A stretch of DNA of 64,000 nt, taken from assembly GCF_030028105.1 (NCBI RefSeq), contig NC_092391.1, forward strand, positions 51,867,223 to 51,931,222. Direction: 5' to 3'. Shown here in pieces: positions 25,358 to 39,084 of this stretch; the first letter of the stretch is position 1; each line of letters starts with the position of its first letter. The DNA comes from Mobula birostris (Eukaryota). Position numbers and translations under genes: made by a program. The notes beneath the pieces are model-generated. The model saw nothing but the letters and a program-made list of their open reading frames with translations, was not told the DNA's origin and ran no database searches.

Positions 25358-25854
25358 TCTTGTTGTGCTGTATCAAGAGAAGTTCCAAGTCTATTGTGCA
25401 AGGGAAACAATGTTTTGGGTTTAGAACAAAAAATGGTCATGCACTGCCTAATTTTAAATTCAAAATAACACGTATTCAAAACCATATCAGGGTTTTAGAA
25501 CACTCCTATATAAAAATACATTAAAATATTTACACTGAAACATTCAGAACAACGCAAGGGGATAGTCTGTGTTATGTCCGGTATCCATTCAAGTGCATGA
25601 ATTCTGCAGTTGCATCAAAATGTAAAACAGCAACAATTCTGCAAATGTAAGACACACCAAAATATCTTTCACCACAGGACTGCTTACTTTGTGGAACAAC
25701 AGAAATAAAAGCTTGCAGACCATTAATGAAAGAGAGGAGGATACAATGAAGGTAGGGAAGAGGTAGATTCTGACTGGATCCTGAATTGCTGGTCTCTTGG
25801 TGTTCATGTTACTGAACACTATAAGAACATGGAGATCATGCTTGCTGCAGGGTA

Positions 25855-25976
25855 TTAAAAGGTCGAGTCATTCCAAGCCTTCCGTATTTTGTTCCACGGA
25901 CCTCCCAACACTGCCGTCACCAAGAAGATGAAGACCAGCAACATTCCCTGGGCAATTGATTGTGAGTATGCTTCAC
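25855..25976 (-). CDS. TCTN2: TCTN2 last coding exon with C-terminal hydrophobic segment: GEAYSQSIAQGMLLVFIFLVTAVLGGPWNKIRKAWNDSTF*
   Basis: gtctag|GT acceptor; TAA at 25857-25855; matches human GELHSQCVAKGLLL...PWTRICKAYS (from memory). Confidence 0.93.
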
Positions 25977-26089
25977 CTAGACAAACACATAGTTTGTTAG
26001 ACATTGAAATCTCTTTTTGTGGGAGTGAACATAGAGAACAAGTTGACTTAGGTGTGTAAATGATTTTCTTTGCAATCAAATATAAAGGA

Positions 26090-28266
26090 ACGTTGGCAAA
26101 TGACACTTAAAAGGGTTGACGGTGAATATGCAATGGCAAGCATTTAAAGATTGCATGGATGAACTACAACAATTGTTCATCCCAGTTTGGCACAAGAATA
26201 AATCAAGGAAGGTAGTGCACCCGTGGCTGACAAGAGAAATTAGGGATAGTATCAATTCCAAAGAAGAAGCATACAAATTAGTCAGAAAAAGTGGCTCACC
26301 TGAGGACTGGGAGAAATTCAGAGATCAGCAGAGGAGGACAAAGGGCTTAATTAGGAAGGGGAAAAAAGATTATGAGAGAAAACTGGCAGGGAACATAAAA
26401 ACTGACAGTAAAAGCTTTTATAGATATGTAAAAAGGAAAAGACTGGTAAAGACAAATGTAGGTCCCCTACAGACAGAAACAGTTGAATTGATTATGGAGA
26501 GCAAGGACATGGCAGACCAATTGAATAATTACTTTGGTTCTGTCTTCACTAAGGAGGACATAAATAATCTTCCAGAAATAGTAGGGGACAGAGGGTTCAG
26601 TGAGATGGGGGAACTGAGCGAAATACATGTTAGTAGGGAAGTGGTATTAGGTAAATTGAAGGGATTAAAGGCAGATAAATCCCCAGGGCCAGATGTTCTG
26701 CATTGCAGAGTGCTTAAGGAAGTAGCCCAAGAAATAGTGGATGCATTAGTGATAATTTTTCAAAACTCGTTAGATTCTGGACTAGTTCCTGAGGATTGGA
26801 GGGTGGCTAATGTAACCCCACTTTTTAAAAAAGGAGGGAGAGAGAAACCGGGGAATTATACACCGGTTAGCCTAACGTCGGTGGTGGGGAAACTGCTGGA
26901 GTCAGTTATCAAAGATGTGTAACAGCACATTTGGAAAGCGGTGAAATCACCGGACAAAGTCAGCATGGATTTGTGAAAGGAAAATCATGTCTGACGAATC
27001 TCATAGAATTTTTTGAGGATGTAACTAGTAGAGTGGATAGGGGAGAACCAGTGGATGTGGTATATTTGGATTTTCAAAAGGCTTTTGACAAGGTCCCACA
27101 CAGGAGATTAGTGTGCAAACTTAAAGCACACGGTATTGGGGGTAAGGTATTGATGTGGATAGAGAATTGGTTAGCAGACAGGAAGCAAAGAGTGGGAATA
27201 AACGGGACCTTTTCAAAATGGCAGGCAGTGACTAGTGGGGTACCGCAAGGCTCAGTGCTGGGACCCCAGTTGTTTACAATATATATTAATGACTTGGATG
27301 AGGGAATTAAATGCAGCATCTCAAGTTTGCGGATGACACGAAGCTGGGCGGCAGTGTTAGCTGTGAGGAGGATGCTAAGAGGATGCAGGGTGACTTGGAT
27401 AGGTTGGGTGAGTGGGCAAATTCATGGCAGATGCAATTTAATGTGGATAAATGTGAAGTTATCCACTTTGGTGGCAAAAATAGGAAAACAGATTATTATC
27501 TGAATGGTGGCCGATTAGGAAAAGAGGAGGTGCAACAAGACCTGGGTGTCATTATACACCAGTCATTGAAAGTGGGCATGCAGGAACAGCAGGCGGTGAA
27601 AAAGGCGAATGGTATGCTGGCATTTATAGCGAGAAGATTCGATTACAGGAGCAGGAAGGTACTACTGCAGTTGTATAAGGCCTTGGTGAGACCACACCTG
27701 GAGTATTGTGTGCAGTTTTGGTCCCCTAATCTGGGGAAAGACATCCTTGCCATAGAGGGAGTACAAAGAAGGTTCACCAGATTGATTCCTGGGATGGCAG
27801 GACTTTCATATGAAGAAAGACTGGATGAACTAGGCTTGTACTCGTTGGAATTTAGAAGATTGAGGGGGGATCTGATTGAAACTTATAAAATCCTAAAGGG
27901 ATTGGACAGGCTAGATGCAGAAAGATTGTTCCCGATGTTGGGGAAGTCCAGAATGAGGGATCACAGTTTGAGGATAAAGGGGAAGCCTTTTAGGACTGAG
28001 ATTAGGAAAAACTTCTTCACACAGAGAGTGGTGAATCTGTGGAATTCTCTGCCACAGGAAACAGTTGAGGCCAGTTCATTGGCTATATTTAAGAGGGAGT
28101 TAGATATGGCCCTTGTGGCTACGGGGATCAGGGGGTATGGAGGGAAGGCTGGTGCAGGGTTCTGAGTTGGATGATCAGCCATGATCATAATAAATGGCGG
28201 TGCAGGCTCGAAGGGCCGATTGGCCTACTCCTGCACCTATTTTCTATGTTTCTATGTTTCTATGTT
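26090..28266 (+). mobile_element. Young CR1-clade LINE (5'-truncated ORF2) in the last TCTN2 intron
   Basis: ORFs of 268, 190 and 284 aa tile one RT ORF2, broken only near 26920 and 27320; FADD motif; (TTTCTATG)n tail. Confidence 0.95.
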
Positions 28267-29161
28267 AGAAGATGGTGCCTTGCTTGTGTCACATTCATGT
28301 TACTGAGCATAAAAGAATAGCTAGGAAGAAATGCGATGTTAATAGATCGTATCTGCCGCAGGACTTTAAAAGGTCCAAGAACCATCCTACAGAAACCCCA
28401 TAGTCCTGATCCAGTGTCTCGGCCCAAAACACCAACCTGCACCCATGCTGAGTTCTTTCAGTGTTCCAGCACGTACAGTATCTCGGCTTTTCACAACCTC
28501 CTGGGATTTACGCCCAAATTGAGACTAATATTTTTGTTAATGGCTGCCCTTGCCATTGGATATAAAGGGTTCCACAGCCACTACATAGAAATGTCACCAG
28601 AGATGTGAGCAACTGTAGCCCGTTTCCTACATTACACCCATATCTACTTGGTTGCAATGCAATTTATAAATGGTCCTGCAGCTAAGGGAAGTGGTGATAC
28701 AAACAGAGACTTAATTGCTTCATAGATGGAATGGAGGAAAATACAGGGGAATGATTGTAAGATAAAAGAAACATTTTGTCAAGAGAAAGAAGGAAGCAAA
28801 AATCAGACAGGGTTCTTTTTCCCAGAGCAGCAATGGCAAATACCAGAGGACGTCCTTTTAAAAAGGGTGGAAGAAAATTTATGGAGATGTCAGAAGTAGA
28901 TTTTTATCTTACACTGAGATGCCTGGAATGCACTGCTGGATGGTGGTAGAGACAGATACAATAGAGGTATTGTAGAGACTCTTTGATGGGCACATGGATG
29001 TAAGAAAAATGGAGGTTATGGGCTGTGTAAAAGGGAAAGGTTAGATTGATCGTGGAGCAGATTTATACTGATTAGCACAAGATCATTCTAGACCAGTGCT
29101 CAGTTCAAAAGCACGGAAATTAGGTCGACAGAATGCATCAAGATGAATGCATCTTCCTTAC

Positions 29162-29250
29162 CTGCATAACGCCTTGTCAATGGATAGGCAAGGTCAGGCC
29201 AACACACATCATTCCGAGCACAGTCATATTCAGTGTAGGTCAACTGGAAG
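29162..29250 (-). CDS. TCTN2: TCTN2 exon (~17): [29 protein letters not shown]
   Basis: gtgtag|C acceptor and G|gtaagg donor; 89 nt; TEYDC.RN.VCWP.L.YP is characteristic of TCTN2. Confidence 0.94.
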
Positions 29251-29469
29251 CTACACAACAAAATTATTCCAATGACTTTCAACCACAAGATGAAACAGCT
29301 CCCCTCCCACCATTCCTCCACCTTCCCCTTAAAAACATTTCTGCTCTTCACTTCATCTATTCCCTTTACTTTATTGACACTTGCTGGATAACAACTCGTC
29401 TCACGTTATTTGAACTGGAGACTTTTGACTATAACAGGTTGAATAAAGGAGAGATCCTTACTTTACCTA

Positions 29470-31690
29470 GTGTGTGTACTGAACCTAGTGGCTGTTGTGT
29501 GTTCCTCATGGCAGATGTTGGGAGTGCTGGGAAACCCAGAGTCTCCCAGGGAACTGCATCTGTGTGAAGTGCATCCGGCTGCAGCTCCTTGAAGACCATG
29601 TTAGGAATCTGGAGCAGCAGCTGGCTGACCTTCAGCTTGTACCGGAGAGTGAGGAGATCTTTGATCAGAGTTACAGGAAGTAGTCACCCCGAAGTTGCAG
29701 GAGGTGAGTGGATGGGTGACTGTCAGGAGAAATGGAAATGTGAATAGGCAGTCAGCGCAGAACGCTTCTGTGGCCATTCCTCTCAATAGCAAGTGTACCG
29801 CTTTGGATACTCTTGTGGGGGATGAACTCCCAGGAGAATGCTATGGAGACCAGATTACTGGCACTGAGCATAAGTCCGTGGTGCAGAAGGGAAAGAGGGA
29901 GAAGAGGGGAGCAGTAGTGACAGGGGACTCAATAGTCAGGAGAACAGACAGGAGATTTTGTGGATGTAAACGGGACACCCAAATAGTATGTTGCCTCCCT
30001 GGTGCCAGGTTCAGGGACGTCTCAGATCACATCCACAGCATTTTGGAGGAGGATAGAGAGCAGCCAGATGTCTTGGTACATATTGGTACCAATGACATAG
30101 GAAGGAAAAGCAAAGAGGTCCTGAAATGAATTTGGAGAACTAGATAGAAAGCTGAGAAGCAGGACCACCAGGATAGTAATTTCTGAATTGCTGCCTGCGC
30201 CACGTACTAGTGAGGGTAGAAACAGAATGAGTTGGCAGATGAATGCATGGCTGAGAAGCTGGTGCAGGAGGTAGTGCTTCAGGTTCTTGGATCACTGTGT
30301 CCTCTTCTGGGGGAGGTATGAACAATTCAAAAGTGATGGGTTGCACCTGAACCCAAGGGGGACCAATATTCTCACAGGCAGGTTTGTTAGAGGTGTTAGG
30401 GAGTGACTAAACTAATTTGGCAGGAGGATGGGAACTGGAGTGAAAGGACTCTGGATAAGACGGATGGGTAAAAAAAAGCAAAGATAGCGTGCAGTCAGGC
30501 TGTCAGGAAGGACATGCAAATGACAAGTCAAAATTGCAGCCAGCACGGTGAGTATCAGTGCATTAGGGATGCAGAATCAAAAGGGGTAGCAAATACAGTA
30601 AAAAGCCCATGATATTGAAGGCAAATTACTGGCAAGGTTAGAGCATTGGCTGATTGGTAGGAGGCAGCGAGCGGGAGTAAAACAATCTTTTTCTGGTTGG
30701 CTGCCAGTGACTTGTGGTGTTCTGCAGGAGTCGGTGTTGGGACCAATACTTTTTATGCTGTATATCAATGACTTAGATAATGGAATAGATGACCTTGTTG
30801 CCAAGTTTGCAGACAATATGAAGACTGGTGGAGGGACAGGTAATGTTGAGGAATCAGGTAGGCTGCAGGAGGACTTAGATTAGGAAAATGGGCAAGTAAG
30901 TGGCAAATGAAATAAATGCATGGCCATGCACTTTGGTAGTAGAAATAAATGTGCAGACTATTTTTAAATGGGGAGAAAATCCAAAAATCTGAAATGCAAA
31001 GGGACTTGGGAGTCCTTGTGCAGAACATCTTAAAGGTTAATTTGCAGGTTGAGTCAGTGGTGAGGAAGGCAAATGTAATGTTAGCATTCATTTCCAGAGG
31101 TCTAGAATACAAGAGCAGAGATATGATGCTGAGGCTTTGTAAGGCATTGGTGAGGCCTCATCTTGAGTACTGAGAGCAGTTTTGGGCTCCTCAGGTAAGA
31201 AAAGATGTGCTAGCATTGGAGAGGGTCCAGAGGAGGTTCAGAAGGATGATTCCAGGAATTAAAGGGATGTCATACGAGGAACGTTTGAGAGCTCTGGGTC
31301 TGTATTCACTGGAACTTAGAAGGATGAGAAGGGATCTCACTGAAACCTTTCAAATGTTGAAAGGCCTAGACATGCTAGATGTGGAAAGGATGTTTCCCAT
31401 GGTGGGGCACAGCCTCAGGATAGAGGGGCATCCATTTAAAAGAGATGCAGAGAAATTTCTTTAGCCAGAGGGTGGTGAACTTGTGGTATTTATTAACACA
31501 GGTAGCTGTGGAGGCCAGGTTGTTGGGTGTATTTAAGGCGGAGCTTGATAGATTCTTGATTGGACACGACATCAAAGGTTACAAGGAGAAGGCCAAGGAG
31601 TGGGGCTGAAGAGGAGAAAAAAAAAGGATCAGCCATGATTGGATGGTGGAGCAGACTCGATGAGCCAAATGGCCTAATTCCTATGTCCTC
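29470..31690 (+). mobile_element. CR1 LINE retaining ORF1 (Zn-finger/leucine zipper + SGNH esterase) fused by a large internal deletion to the RT 3' part
   Basis: CVKCIRLQLLEDHVRNLEQQL; GDSIVR; CLPGAR; VHIGTNDIG; DGLHLN; jumps to mid-RT at ~30600. Confidence 0.88.
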
Positions 31691-32000
31691 TAACAGGTTG
31701 TACAACTGGAGACCTTTAACTATAACAGGCATTACAACTGGAGATCAGTCCTGATGAAGGGTCTTGGCCTGAAACATCGACTGTACTCTTTTCCATTAAT
31801 ACTGTCTGGCTTGCTGAGTTCCTCCAGCATTTTGAATGTGTTGCTTGGATTTCCAGCATCTGCAGATTTTCTCTTGTTTATCTGACTATAACAGGTTGAT
31901 TAACTGGAGAACTTTGACTATAACACGTTGTATAATTGGAAATCTTTGATTCTAACAGGTTGTACAACTGGAGATCTTTGACTATACCAGATTGAATACC
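31690..32000. repeat. ~31-32-bp minisatellite (left remnant at ~29410-29460)
   Basis: TATAACAGGTTGTACAACTGGAGATCTTTGAC units occur on both sides of the CR1 and the PLE mini-insert. Confidence 0.8.
31747..31782 (+). ncRNA. Minimal hammerhead motif heading a ~133-nt PLE-derived insert (31747-31879)
   Basis: AGTC-CTGATGA-AGGgtcttggCCT-GAAA-CA-TC-GACT; stem III palindrome lost (CG to CA). Confidence 0.75.
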
Positions 32001-32285
32001 CAAGCAACAATGATAGTGGCACAGGGAGGCACAGGGACAAGAGCATTCCAGCAATATTGTCTGTGCAGATTTGTACATTCTCCTTGTGACCACACCAGCT
32101 CCCCGCACCACCCCTTTCACCCGCAGCTCCACCCCAATTCCTTCCCTCCCTGGGTGCTCCAAGTTTCTTCCACATCCCCAGGGAGAGGGCGAGAACAAAA
32201 GCCAAACAATGAAATAAGAAAGAGAAAAGCTTGTAGTGTAAGAATTAACAGCACAAGATGGTAAATCATTTGAAGCTTCTTGTAC

Positions 32286-32429
32286 CTGGTCAATGGGGGC
32301 TCTTGCTGGGCTGGTATTTGAATAAACTGCACAGACGTGCGGATGGAGAAGGACTGAAGAAGGGAACTGTTCCTGCAGGCTGTACTATCTCCTCCTCCAC
32401 AAGAAATGTGCCACCTCACTGTGGAGAAA
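32286..32429 (-). CDS. TCTN2: TCTN2 exon (~16): FSTVRWHISCGGGDSTACRNSSLLQSFSIRTSVQFIQIPAQQEPPLT
   Basis: ttttag|T acceptor and AG|gtacaa donor; 144 nt, phase 2 to 2; SVQFI.IPAQ..PLT. Confidence 0.92.
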
Positions 32430-33158
32430 CTAAAAAGGCAAAACCATTGATCCAACAAGAGACAGGAAGAACCGGAGGAAATACATTTTTGTACTGCAAT
32501 TTGTAATGATTTAAATGTCAGTTTGAATAGTCAGAGAAGCAAAAACCAACAGAAGCCAGATAAATAGCCAAAGGAAAGCATGCTTAGTTTTGGGAAAGAC
32601 CTGATGTTTTGGGATAATTGGACCATATTTGTGGGTGTAATGATATGATTGCTTATTTTTGAGTAGAAGTGAGACGATTCAATACACAGTGAAGGAAGAT
32701 GGACTTGGGGCCAAAATCAAGTGCTTTTTAAATACATTTTCCCTCATTGAACCAAAGAAAACAATTTTAGAATTACAGTGAGGCAAAGAGAGAAGAATGT
32801 GGATGTCCAGAGCAGCCAAGAAGGCCAAGGTACAACTGTAAGAGCTGAGTAAAACATGGGAAAGATTGGTTTGGGCTTTTTGAAGATCATCAGCATGGAT
32901 TTGTGCACAGGGTGTCAGCCTTACCAACATGACATTTTTGAGGAGGTAACGAAGATGTTAAGACATTAAGATTACCACTTCTGTTAAGTAACCCATTTCT
33001 CATTTCAGTAGCCCTATGGGAAAGCATGTCCTTTGCTATTGGGAAATATTAATTACTCAGAAATGAGCAGCCTGATTTATGTTGTACATTGAACATCATT
33101 TAGTCCAACACTTGGAAGATGCCAACTAGCTAATACAATTGTGACGCCATCTGCTTAC

Positions 33159-33300
33159 CTGACTTCAACTCCAAGTATCACTCGTTGTGGGACTCCTTCA
33201 ACCGCACCAACAACTGCTGTGAGAAATTGAATGTTCATAGCGGCAGGAACCCCAGCACAGAATCCATAAAATCCACCTTCAGTCGAATCGTTAAATGAAG
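33159..33300 (-). CDS. TCTN2: TCTN2 exon (~15): ASFNDSTEGGFYGFCAGVPAAMNIQFLTAVVGAVEGVPQRVILGVEV
   Basis: ttgtag|CT acceptor and AG|gtaagc donor; 142 nt; GAVEG..Q..ILGVE. Confidence 0.92.
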
Positions 33301-33709
33301 CTACAATTAAAAAATAATTTATATAAATGTGACTAATTTGAAAACCACAGGCTCTCACTCGCAGCTTTGAACAATACTTGTGATTACAGGAACTTGAACT
33401 TATGCAACACACGGTCATGCCCACAAGGTATTCCTAAATGCTTAGTGACATAAACTGCTTTTGCAGTGTAAGTATCGTTCTAAAGGCAAACAATGCAGAG
33501 TAATCTCTCAGACGTGAAGTGACAGAACGGCAAATTAATGTGCTTTTGATGGAGTTGGGTTATGCAAAATACAGGCCAAGCACTACCTGCTTTTCCAGAT
33601 AAAACCAAGCAAGAGTTTTCCCCCAGTAGAGAACTGGAGCCTCTGTTTAATTCATCATTGAAAACCATGGACATTCTCTGTCCTTGACTGGCATGTCACT
33701 TTCAATCCA

Positions 33710-34265
33710 GGAGTGTTGTAAGCAGTTTTGGGCCTCTTATTCAAGAAAGGAAGTGCTGACATTGGAGAGGGTGTAAAGGATGTTTACGAAAATGACTCCA
33801 GAGATTGAAAGGCTTGTCCTATGAGAAGAGTTTGATGGCTCTGGGCCTGCACTCACTGAAATTCAGAAGAATGAGGGGAGATCTCATTGAAACCTATCAA
33901 ATGTTGAAAGGCCTCAACGGAGTGGATGAGGAGAGGATGTTTCCTCTGGTAGGGGAAGTCTAAGACCAGAGGACACAGCGTCAGAATAGAGGGACGTCTA
34001 TTTGGAACAAAGATGAGAAGAAACTTCTGTAGCCAAAGAGTGGTGAATCTGTGGAATTCATTGCCCCAGGCGGTTGTGGAAGCCAAGTTATTAGGTATAT
34101 TTAAGGTAGAAGTTGATAGCTTCTTGATTAGTCAGGGCACAAAGGGATACGGGGAGAAGGCATGAAGGAGATTGTGGCTGAGAGGGAAAATGGATCAGCC
34201 ATGATGAAATGCCGGAGCAGACTCGATGGGCCAAATGGCCTAATCCTGCTCATATATCTTATGCT
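33710..34265 (+). mobile_element. CR1 LINE 3' fragment
   Basis: L..LEFRRMRGDLIE and TRGHS.RIEG motifs; CR1 3' UTR. Confidence 0.85.
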
Positions 34266-34887
34266 CGGGTCAGAATCTACTTTCATTTTGAATTAACAAC
34301 ATATTGCTTTAAAGGTCAACAGTTACCAGAAAAGAAACATCATCCAGTACTGATAACACTTCCTGGATTCTATAACGTTAGCACAGTAGGCTGACCAGCT
34401 GTAGTAGATGAATTGACCAGCTCAACTATCACAAGAAATGAAGAACTGAAGTAGTCATTTCAGAACATCTTGTCCGTCTCCAATAGTAAAGCTTGCCTGT
34501 CTCAACTGCGAAAAGCCAGAACAGAGCTGCCAAAAGAGGCCAGAAGTTTCCATAAGGGGCTGCAAGTACACTCTGCACGAAGTGGTGGACTGGCAAAAGG
34601 CTCTTTGGGAAGAAAAAAGCTCTGGGAGTGTGCTGCATTGTCAGAGCTGGCTCACTACACAGGAGTAATTAAACTGAGACTCAAATCTCATCAGACAACA
34701 TCACACCAACCGATGGTCTATGGGTATAGTCACTGAATCATTCAACAGACACACCTGACAAAAAATATGAATCAATTCAGTGATGTTGAAATATGCCAAA
34801 CACTCAACACTAACGGAGTTATTGTTACTTCAGAGGACCTGTCCTGAATTCGGCACGTTAGGGCAATTATAAAGAAAGCACGACCAT

Positions 34888-37800
34888 CTATGTTGATTGT
34901 GAAATTGCATCGGCGTTGTTTCTGAGCAGTTAAAACTGGTCTGGGCATTTCATGGACCATAATCCTTTGTGGAAGGGGCGCTTGGCGGTGTTCTGTGGCC
35001 ACTGTTGCATACAGGAGAGTTTTACGTGCCATTTTGTTACTTTTCAGTTTAAACGGGGGTTTATGAGTCAGTGTCAAAATATTGCAGTGTGTTTGTTTGT
35101 TTGTCCTAACTATGGCTTCTCTTAATTCAGATAAAGTATGTTTCACCACATGGAATGTTAACGGTCTGGGCAATCGTATAAAAAGGAGAAAAGTAATGAA
35201 TATGCTTAAGAGACAAAAATGGGATGTGGTTTTTCTACAGGAAACACATTTATCAGCAGAGGGATCAGTAAAACTACTGGGGGGATTTACAGATCATGCT
35301 TTTTTTTACAGTGCAGGGTCAACTAAGAGCAGGGGCATTATAATACTTATCAATAGGCGGCTGCAGTTTAGATGTGAGAAACAGATCAAAGATGAAGCAG
35401 GGAGAATTCTTATTATTTTGGCAGAAGTACAGAAGCAACATATTATTTTAGCATACATATATGCATCTAATATAGAAGATGTTTTCTGTTGATCTTGAAG
35501 GAAAGTTACATCCTATTGGAGCTTATGATATCATACTTGGGGGAGATTTTAATTTGGTAATGGATCCAATCATCGACCATAGTAAGATGTTGTCATATAG
35601 AACCTCAAAACTCACTGTGATGGTGCAAAAAATGTGTAAAGCCCCCAGCTCGTGGATGCTTGGCGCCTTATGAATCCCAATGGGAGGGATTACACATTTT
35701 TTTCTGCAGTTCATAAAATACACACAAGGACTGATTTCTTCCTTATATCCAAGTCACTTATTCAGTCTGTGTCTCAATGTGCAATTGTTAATATCAGATC
35801 ATGCTTGGGTTTCTCTAGAGACAATACCTCAGTATAAGAGAATGCAGTCACATAGATGGAGATTTAATTCATCCTTGTTACAAGATTCAATGTTTGGGCA
35901 AGCTATGGGACAACAAATCAAGGAGTATTTAGAAATAAATACACCTACGGCCTCCTCGGCAGGGACTAACTGGGAAGCCCTGAAGGCAGTTTTGAGGGGA
36001 TAAACTATTCAACATACTTCTTATATTAAAAAAAACAGAAAAATCAGAAAATTACAAACTTAGAAAATAAAATCAAAGAGATTGAGACAAAATCGAAGCA
36101 GTGGATGACATCCAAAGATTTGAAAGAACTAACACGGCTGAAATATCAACACAATCTAATATTAAAGTAGAAAGTAGAATTTTGGCTTTTCAGGGCAAGA
36201 CAAAGGCAACTTGAATCGGGGGAGTTGGCAAGCTTCTGGCAAGGTGTATAAAACAGAGAGAATCAATTATCTATTACCCAGCTATTAGATCAGCAACAAG
36301 TGATACTTTGACGACACCTAAAGATATTAATGATGCATTCCAAGAGTTTTATAAGGACCTATATACATCAACCTCCAACTTTAGTGAGGAAGAAATTGAT
36401 AGCTTTCTGAGGCCATTAAGGTTACCTACGTTGACGAAAGAACAACAATATATTGATTCTGCTATAACATTAGAAGAAATTATATCAGTGATTAAGACCT
36501 TACCTACTGGGAAAGCTCCTGGCCCAGATAGATTTACAGCAGAATTTTTTAAATGCTATGCGGAGGAGCTAGCTCCACTACTGCTGAATATGTACAATGA
36601 GTCTATAGAACGGGGTAACTTTATCACAAGTGCTAATTACATTAATTCTGAAAGACGGTAAAGACCCGTGTGAATGTAAGACTTATAGACCAACTTCCCT
36701 AATCCCAATAGATGTGAAAATTTTATCAAAGATCCTTGCAAACCATTTAGACACAGTAATAACACAGTTGATACATAGTGATCAGGTGGGATTTATCAGG
36801 GGCCGCAGCTCATCTGATAACATAAGGAGTCTTGTGAATATTATGTGGTTGGTGGCCGATAATCAGTCACCTATAGCAGCTATCTCACTCAATACTGAAA
36901 AAGCATTCGATCGAGTGGAATGGGGCTATCTGTTTAAGATTCTTCAATATTTTTGGATTTGGACCCATCTTTTTAAAATGGATTAGACTCTTATATAATA
37001 ACCCTGAAGCAGCAGTTCAAACTAGTGGTTACATTTCACCTCACTTCTCACTTAAAAGGGGTACCCGACAGGGTTCCCCACTTTCTCCAATGTTGTTCTG
37101 TGTAGCTTTGGAGCCCCTGGCAGCAGCTATCAGAGAGAATGAGAACTTTATAGGGATATCTGTGGGAGGACAGGTTCATAAACTGATGCTTTGTGTGGAT
37201 GATATTGTATTATTTGTGTCGGACCCTAGTCGATTGGTGCCATGTCTTTTTAACAGTATAAAGTCTTACTCTAGATTCTCAGGTTATAAGGTTAATTGGA
37301 CAAAATCGGAAGCACTACTGTTAACTGCATATTGCCCTGCACCCGCTTTTTACCCAGGCCAATTTCACTGGCCACAGAAGGGCATACGATATTTAGGTAT
37401 TAATTTTCCCCCTCAACTGAAGGATTTAGTAAAGGTAAATTTTGATCCATTATTGCAGAAATTTCATGTGATGTAGACAGATTATCATCATTGTATTTGT
37501 CAATGTTGGGAAAAGTAAATGCCTTGAAGATGAATAGCATTTCGAAGCTTAACTATCTGTTCCAATCGTTACCAGTTCAAATCCCATTAATATATTTTAA
37601 GCAATTTGATAAAATAATTAAGGCTTTTATTTGGAATGGTAAATGCCCATGCTTAAACTTTAACAAATTACAATTGCCAGTTGAAAGGCGGGGGGGGCGG
37701 GGGGGTGAAGTTTGCCAGAGTTAATATACTATTACTATGCCTTTACTCTTAAGCATTTAGCACATTGGTCTCTCCTTCCAGAGAGAGCGCCTCCTTGGTA

Positions 37801-39084
37801 TCGTATTGAGTGTTCTGCTCTTCCTCCCATCCCTCCATTACAATGTTAGTTGATCAAGTTACCTCCTGAGGCAAGGTCTCACCCAATTATATTGCATATG
37901 CATTTGTTTTGGAATAAGCTAGTCAGATTACTTAAATTTAATCCATATTTGAATGAAGCCTCAAGTATCTGGATGAATCCGAAGTTGTGTATTGATAAGT
38001 CCTCTTTCTTCTGGAGGGAATGGCAAGGGAAAGGTTAAATTAAATTGGAAGATCTTTATAATGGTGACAGTTTAAAATCTTTTAATTAATTAACCCAACA
38101 GTACAATATCTCTAGGTCACAATTTTGGAGGTATCTTCAACTGCGTCATTTGCTACATACAACTTTCGGTTCTACACAGCAACCCCCACAAATTGCTACG
38201 ATACTGTCTACTGTACTGGCCGCATATGGTAAAGGTCCCGAAGCCTCAACTTATTATTCAGCTTTAACACAAATCTCCGGGGACAAATCTCTGTTGGGTC
38301 TTAAAAGAGCATGGGAAAAAGACCTGAGTGTGACTTTTGAGACAAAAGAGTGGGACAAAATTTGCAAAAATGTCAAAACAATGTCAAGAGACGTGAGGGT
38401 GCGCTATATTCTACACTGTTCTTATTAGACTCCAGCAAGGTTACATAGATTAGGGTTGAAAACCACCCCTGAATGCCGGCGCTGTGAGGCGGATAAAGGG
38501 GACTTAGTACATGCACTCTGGTCCTGTCCCAGAATTCAAGAATTTTGGATTATGATACATAAGTATATTGGTGAAGTTTCAGGTATTCAACTCCCTTTTT
38601 GCCCCAGATTTTTTGCCATAGAAGACACACTTGGAATAAACACTCTCAAAATTGGATCCTGACAAGTATAATGGTAGGAAGACAAATTATACTTAGAGGT
38701 TGGAGGAACTTGGGGGGGGGGGGACCATCATCTCAGGAGTGGGTCACAGAAATAGCCAAAGTGGCAGCTTTTGAACACATGTCTTACAAACAGTTTGATA
38801 GATTGGACATCTATACACAAAAATGGGGCAAATATTTAGGTTTCCTGGGGTGGGGGAATAGTGGTGAATGTGTGGTGAAGCATATTGCTGAATGGCAGTC
38901 TTTTATGTTATTAGAGGTCTAAATAAACACACATGGTTATTGATATTTATTTCTGCCATGTTTGTTTTTTATTTTCTGGATAATTTTATGTTTTGTAAGC
39001 TATGATTTACATAATTTCAAAACTGACTCAAAGGTTCGGGGAAAAATTTGTAAAAGAATTCAATAAAATCTAAATCATAAAAAA
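34888..39084 (+). mobile_element. L1-clade LINE with complete but frameshifted ORF2 (ATG 35112; APE endonuclease, RT, CCHC) and poly(A); ORF1 absent
   Basis: TWNVNGL, FLQETH, GDFN, SDH; KAPGPD, QVGFIRGR, EKAFDRV, GTRQG; CRRC...H...C; AATAAA plus A-tail; TSD core AAAGAAAGCAC at 34871-34881 and 39085-39095. Confidence 0.93.

Noticed and set aside
29695-30370. SGNH/GDSL esterase as a captured host or bacterial gene
   Set aside because: Esterase domains are a known component of CR1 ORF1, and this one is embedded in a CR1 copy.
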